A DNA stretch of 64,000 nucleotides from Polyangiales bacterium. GTDB lineage: Bacteria > Myxococcota_A > Polyangia > Polyangiales > Polyangiaceae. The DNA lies in NCBI GenBank assembly GCA_038230375.1, contig JBBRNJ010000007.1:1-64000 (forward strand), given 5' to 3'. Below, piece by piece: positions 61,130 to 64,000 of the stretch. The first letter of the stretch is position 1. Each line of letters opens with the position of its first letter. A program made the position numbers and the translations under genes. The notes under the pieces are model-generated. The model saw only the letters and a program-made list of their open reading frames with translations. It had not been told where the DNA came from and ran no database searches.

Positions 61130-63937
61130 TCAGTCGCCCGCGGCCTCTTTTGCTCGCTGCTTCTCCAGGTCCGCGCGCATGGGGCCGAGCGCGAAGGTGA
61201 GGCCATCGAAGATTTCTTTTTCCTTCGGCGGCACCCAGCCGAAGTCCTTGCCGTCCACGCGGACGAACATGCCGCTCACGTCGCGGTCGCGCGGGACGCG
61301 GAACGTGAACTTCGTGGCCTTCACGCCAACGGGCTTCTCGATCGTCGCGAGCTTGCGCCGGTGGTGATCCAGGATGGTCACAGCGACGGCGCCAAGGTCG
61401 TGCGTGCTGGTGAGCTCCAGGTTCCAGCTCTCCTGCGTGTCGCCCCTCTTGATGGTGGGCCGGTCCGCCTTCACCAGGAGCGGCGGCTCTGCGGGGCCCT
61501 TCACCTCGTACGACGCGCGCCATGGAGCTGCGTGGGTGGGCAGGCGCGGCGCATCCGCATCCGTGAGCCGCGGCGCGATGGGGCCAGGCTGCCCGAACGC
61601 GCGCGCGACCGGACCCACGTACGCGCGCGGCGGTCCACCCTGATCCACCACGAACACACCCATCAAGGGCTTCTCCGCGCCCAGGTACGCCGCGGCCTGC
61701 AGGTTCGTGGACGTGTAGTAGTCGATGACGAACGACGGGTCGGAGAGGCCGTCCTTCCGCTTCGGATGCAGGTCGAACCACCAGCCCGAGTAGTGCGGCG
61801 GCGCGCAGCTGTCCATGCACATCGGATCGCTCGGGACGTACTCCGCCACCAGCGAAAGGAAGCGCTTCTCCTCTGCGTGGAGCGCCTCACCCGCAAGCTC
61901 GCGCGCGACGATCACGCGCAGTGCGCGGAGCACACGCGACAGCTTCTCGAAGTAGGCGTGTCCGCCGCTCATGCGCGGCGCGTCCAGTCCCTCCATCGCT
62001 GTCTGCCCGCGCGCGGCGTAGGCGATCAGCGCGTCGAGCACCTTCGGCGCCGGCTCCACGTATCCATCGGGGATCTCGCAGCCGTAGGCGTCGTAGGCCT
62101 GGCCTGCCAGCAGCACGTGGTTGTGGCGGATCTGCCCGAACGCGGCCACCGCCGTGTTCATCTTCATGTCCCTGTAGGCGTCCGTGGTGGTGAACGAAGG
62201 AAACGCGCCTTCACCCTGCGGCTCAGCGGTCGCGCGCGCCGCGCGGAGCCACGAGCCGTAGAGATCGTCACCGGTGCTGCTGGATGCGGTGAGCTCGGCG
62301 CGTGAGCGATTGAGCGCCGCGCCCAGGGCGGGGAACGCGGCTAGCTCGCTGCCCATGTACGTGCGCGCGCGGTCGTGCCCAAGGATGAAGCCGATGTCCA
62401 TCGGCGTCACCATGTAGCGATCCATGACTTCGTCGTGGACGAGCGGCCTCATCGCCGCCGCATCTGGCGTCACGCGGGGCCCCAGCAACGTCATGATCGC
62501 CGGGAGGTCCGTCACGCCCTGCGGCATGAAGTGCAGGCGCGCCGTGCGCTTGAAGTCGTCGCCGATCGCGGCCGTCAGCTTCCTCCCCGCGCCGGCGTCG
62601 AACTGGCCGTCGATGCCGGCCTTCTTGCGGAGCGCGAGCACATCGCGGACACCAAGGTCCTCGCGCTTGCCGGCGAGCAGGGAAAAGCCGTGATCCATCG
62701 TCTCGACCAACGGGAGCGCGCCGCTTCGGTCCGCGAGATCCGTGAGCGCGAGAGCCAGCTGTGCCTCGCGCGGCGTCTCCGAGCGATCCGGTGATGCGCC
62801 TGGCTGGCTCGACTGACCGCCGCGGGTCTTCACGTTCAGCTCCAGTCGTGAGAGCCACATCACCGTGCGGAAGTACGAGTCCAGCATCCGCGGCGACGAC
62901 GCGTAGTGTCCGCGCGGCGTGTACTGCGTGAAGTCGATCACGCGCGGGCGTCCGAAGAGCACCACGGGGTCCGTGCCATCCGCGCCGCGCATGCTGGTGC
63001 CCTCCTCGGCCAGTGTCGTCAGCGCGCGCGCCTCGTCGTCCAGGTCCGCGTCGCCCAGGACCGTCTTGTCGGCCTGATGGAGCAGCATGCGCGCGACCGT
63101 GAGGTACACGTCCAGATCGTGCGCCGTTTCCTCCGGGTAGCTCTTTGCGGCGTCCGGCAGTGCGCACGACATGCGCGCGAGCAGCTCGGAGAGTGCTGGG
63201 AGGAGGCGCTCGGCCTCGATGTCGGCCAAGAGGCCGTCGTGCGCGGCGAACACGGCCTGGAAGAGCGCGTCCATGGAGATGAATACCGGCAGCTCCGACT
63301 GGAACACGTCGTGGAACGCGGAGCCGTACGAGTCCGCGACCATGCGATCGCTTGCGAAGAAGCCATTCTTCCCGAGCGCGCGTCGTTCGTCAGCGGTGAG
63401 CCGGAACCGCTCGTTCACCTTGGACAGGAAGAGCGGATCGCTGTGGCCGTCCCAGTTCGGCTTGCGCGCGAGCACTGTCGGCGCGGGCGCAGTCTGCGCG
63501 AGGATCGCTTTCAATGTATCTTCCACGTTGTTCTCGGCGACCACGCAGCGGTCCTTCGAGCTGACGCGATAGTCGGAGAAGCCCCCCTCGGCTTCTGACA
63601 GCTTCTCGTTCTCTGCCTGCCACGCGCGCGACTGGGCCAGGTTCTCCTCTTGCTCGCAGAGCGCGTGATCGCCCTGGCACGCCTGCTCCCGATTGACCTC
63701 GCGTTGCACGCGCTCGCCGCGTGGGCGCTCGGTCGCACTGCCCGCGTCGCGCGCACGCATGGGGGTGGCCGCGACCAGTGGACCGGCTCCGCGTCTACCG
63801 CATCCCTCCCCGGCAGAGAGCGCGGCGCCAAGGACGAGCGTCGAGAGGGAGAGTGAGATGAGCCTGCGCCGGACCGTCATGGCATGTAAGTCGGTTGGAC
63901 CCTCTGGAATGTGACGCGGTTTCTGTGGCTCCGTCAC
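61130..63937 (-). CDS. DUF3160-like exported protein
   Basis: LPVFISMDALF, DFTQYTPRGHY, YFRTVMWL, QIRHNHVL, GYVEP, YVGPV resemble DUF3160 as I recall it; SD GGAGG before GTG 63937; ATG 63880 is an alternative start. Confidence 0.75.
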   Translation of the reverse strand: MTEPQKPRHIPEGPTDLHAMTVRRRLISLSLSTLVLGAALSAGEGCGRRGAGPLVAATPMRARDAGSATERPRGERVQREVNREQACQGDHALCEQEENLAQSRAWQAENEKLSEAEGGFSDYRVSSKDRCVVAENNVEDTLKAILAQTAPAPTVLARKPNWDGHSDPLFLSKVNERFRLTADERRALGKNGFFASDRMVADSYGSAFHDVFQSELPVFISMDALFQAVFAAHDGLLADIEAERLLPALSELLARMSCALPDAAKSYPEETAHDLDVYLTVARMLLHQADKTVLGDADLDDEARALTTLAEEGTSMRGADGTDPVVLFGRPRVIDFTQYTPRGHYASSPRMLDSYFRTVMWLSRLELNVKTRGGQSSQPGASPDRSETPREAQLALALTDLADRSGALPLVETMDHGFSLLAGKREDLGVRDVLALRKKAGIDGQFDAGAGRKLTAAIGDDFKRTARLHFMPQGVTDLPAIMTLLGPRVTPDAAAMRPLVHDEVMDRYMVTPMDIGFILGHDRARTYMGSELAAFPALGAALNRSRAELTASSSTGDDLYGSWLRAARATAEPQGEGAFPSFTTTDAYRDMKMNTAVAAFGQIRHNHVLLAGQAYDAYGCEIPDGYVEPAPKVLDALIAYAARGQTAMEGLDAPRMSGGHAYFEKLSRVLRALRVIVARELAGEALHAEEKRFLSLVAEYVPSDPMCMDSCAPPHYSGWWFDLHPKRKDGLSDPSFVIDYYTSTNLQAAAYLGAEKPLMGVFVVDQGGPPRAYVGPVARAFGQPGPIAPRLTDADAPRLPTHAAPWRASYEVKGPAEPPLLVKADRPTIKRGDTQESWNLELTSTHDLGAVAVTILDHHRRKLATIEKPVGVKATKFTFRVPRDRDVSGMFVRVDGKDFGWVPPKEKEIFDGLTFALGPMRADLEKQRAKEAAGD

Positions 63938-64000
63938 CGAGCGCCTCCACGCTCACATCACGTCATGTGCCAGCCCGGGGCTTCTTTGCGGCGGCTGCGC

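Noticed and set aside
63958..63972. Sigma-54 promoter for the DUF3160-like gene
   Set aside because: TGGCACA-N4-GTGA has a poor -12 element, and upstream context is cut off by the window edge.

Overview
High-GC bacterial chromosomal DNA, about 50 tightly packed CDSs. Six Hanks-type Ser/Thr kinases, two MYXO-CTERM-like tails and many Cys-rich lipoproteins point to Myxococcota, probably Polyangiales (Sorangium/Labilithrix-like); this is inference. Recognisable genes are dinB, acnA, tal, an FKBP, a YeeE/YedE pair, a molybdopterin oxidoreductase, a GMC oxidoreductase with its small subunit, a CDF transporter, a YafJ-like amidotransferase, an EAL protein and a pentameric ligand-gated ion channel. 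I saw no rRNA, tRNA, CRISPR array, integrase or transposase. The best candidate for an undescribed system is a three-gene cassette present twice (33772-37778 and 54552-58563): a membrane Ser/Thr kinase, then a secreted TPR/PEGA-like protein with a putative outer-membrane C-terminus, then a lipoprotein starting C-N-A-I-[IV]-G with an interchangeable C-terminal domain. Other observations: a lipoprotein with a Ser-less trypsin domain fused to a His-Cys caspase-like domain; a 7TM receptor-type kinase with a very long activation loop; a TANNNT hexamer 6-8 nt before 15 start codons, suggesting leaderless mRNAs; a twin palindromic operator; and a mosaic 43-53 kb region with duplicated gene fragments. 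All calls come from reading motifs by eye, with no database searches.
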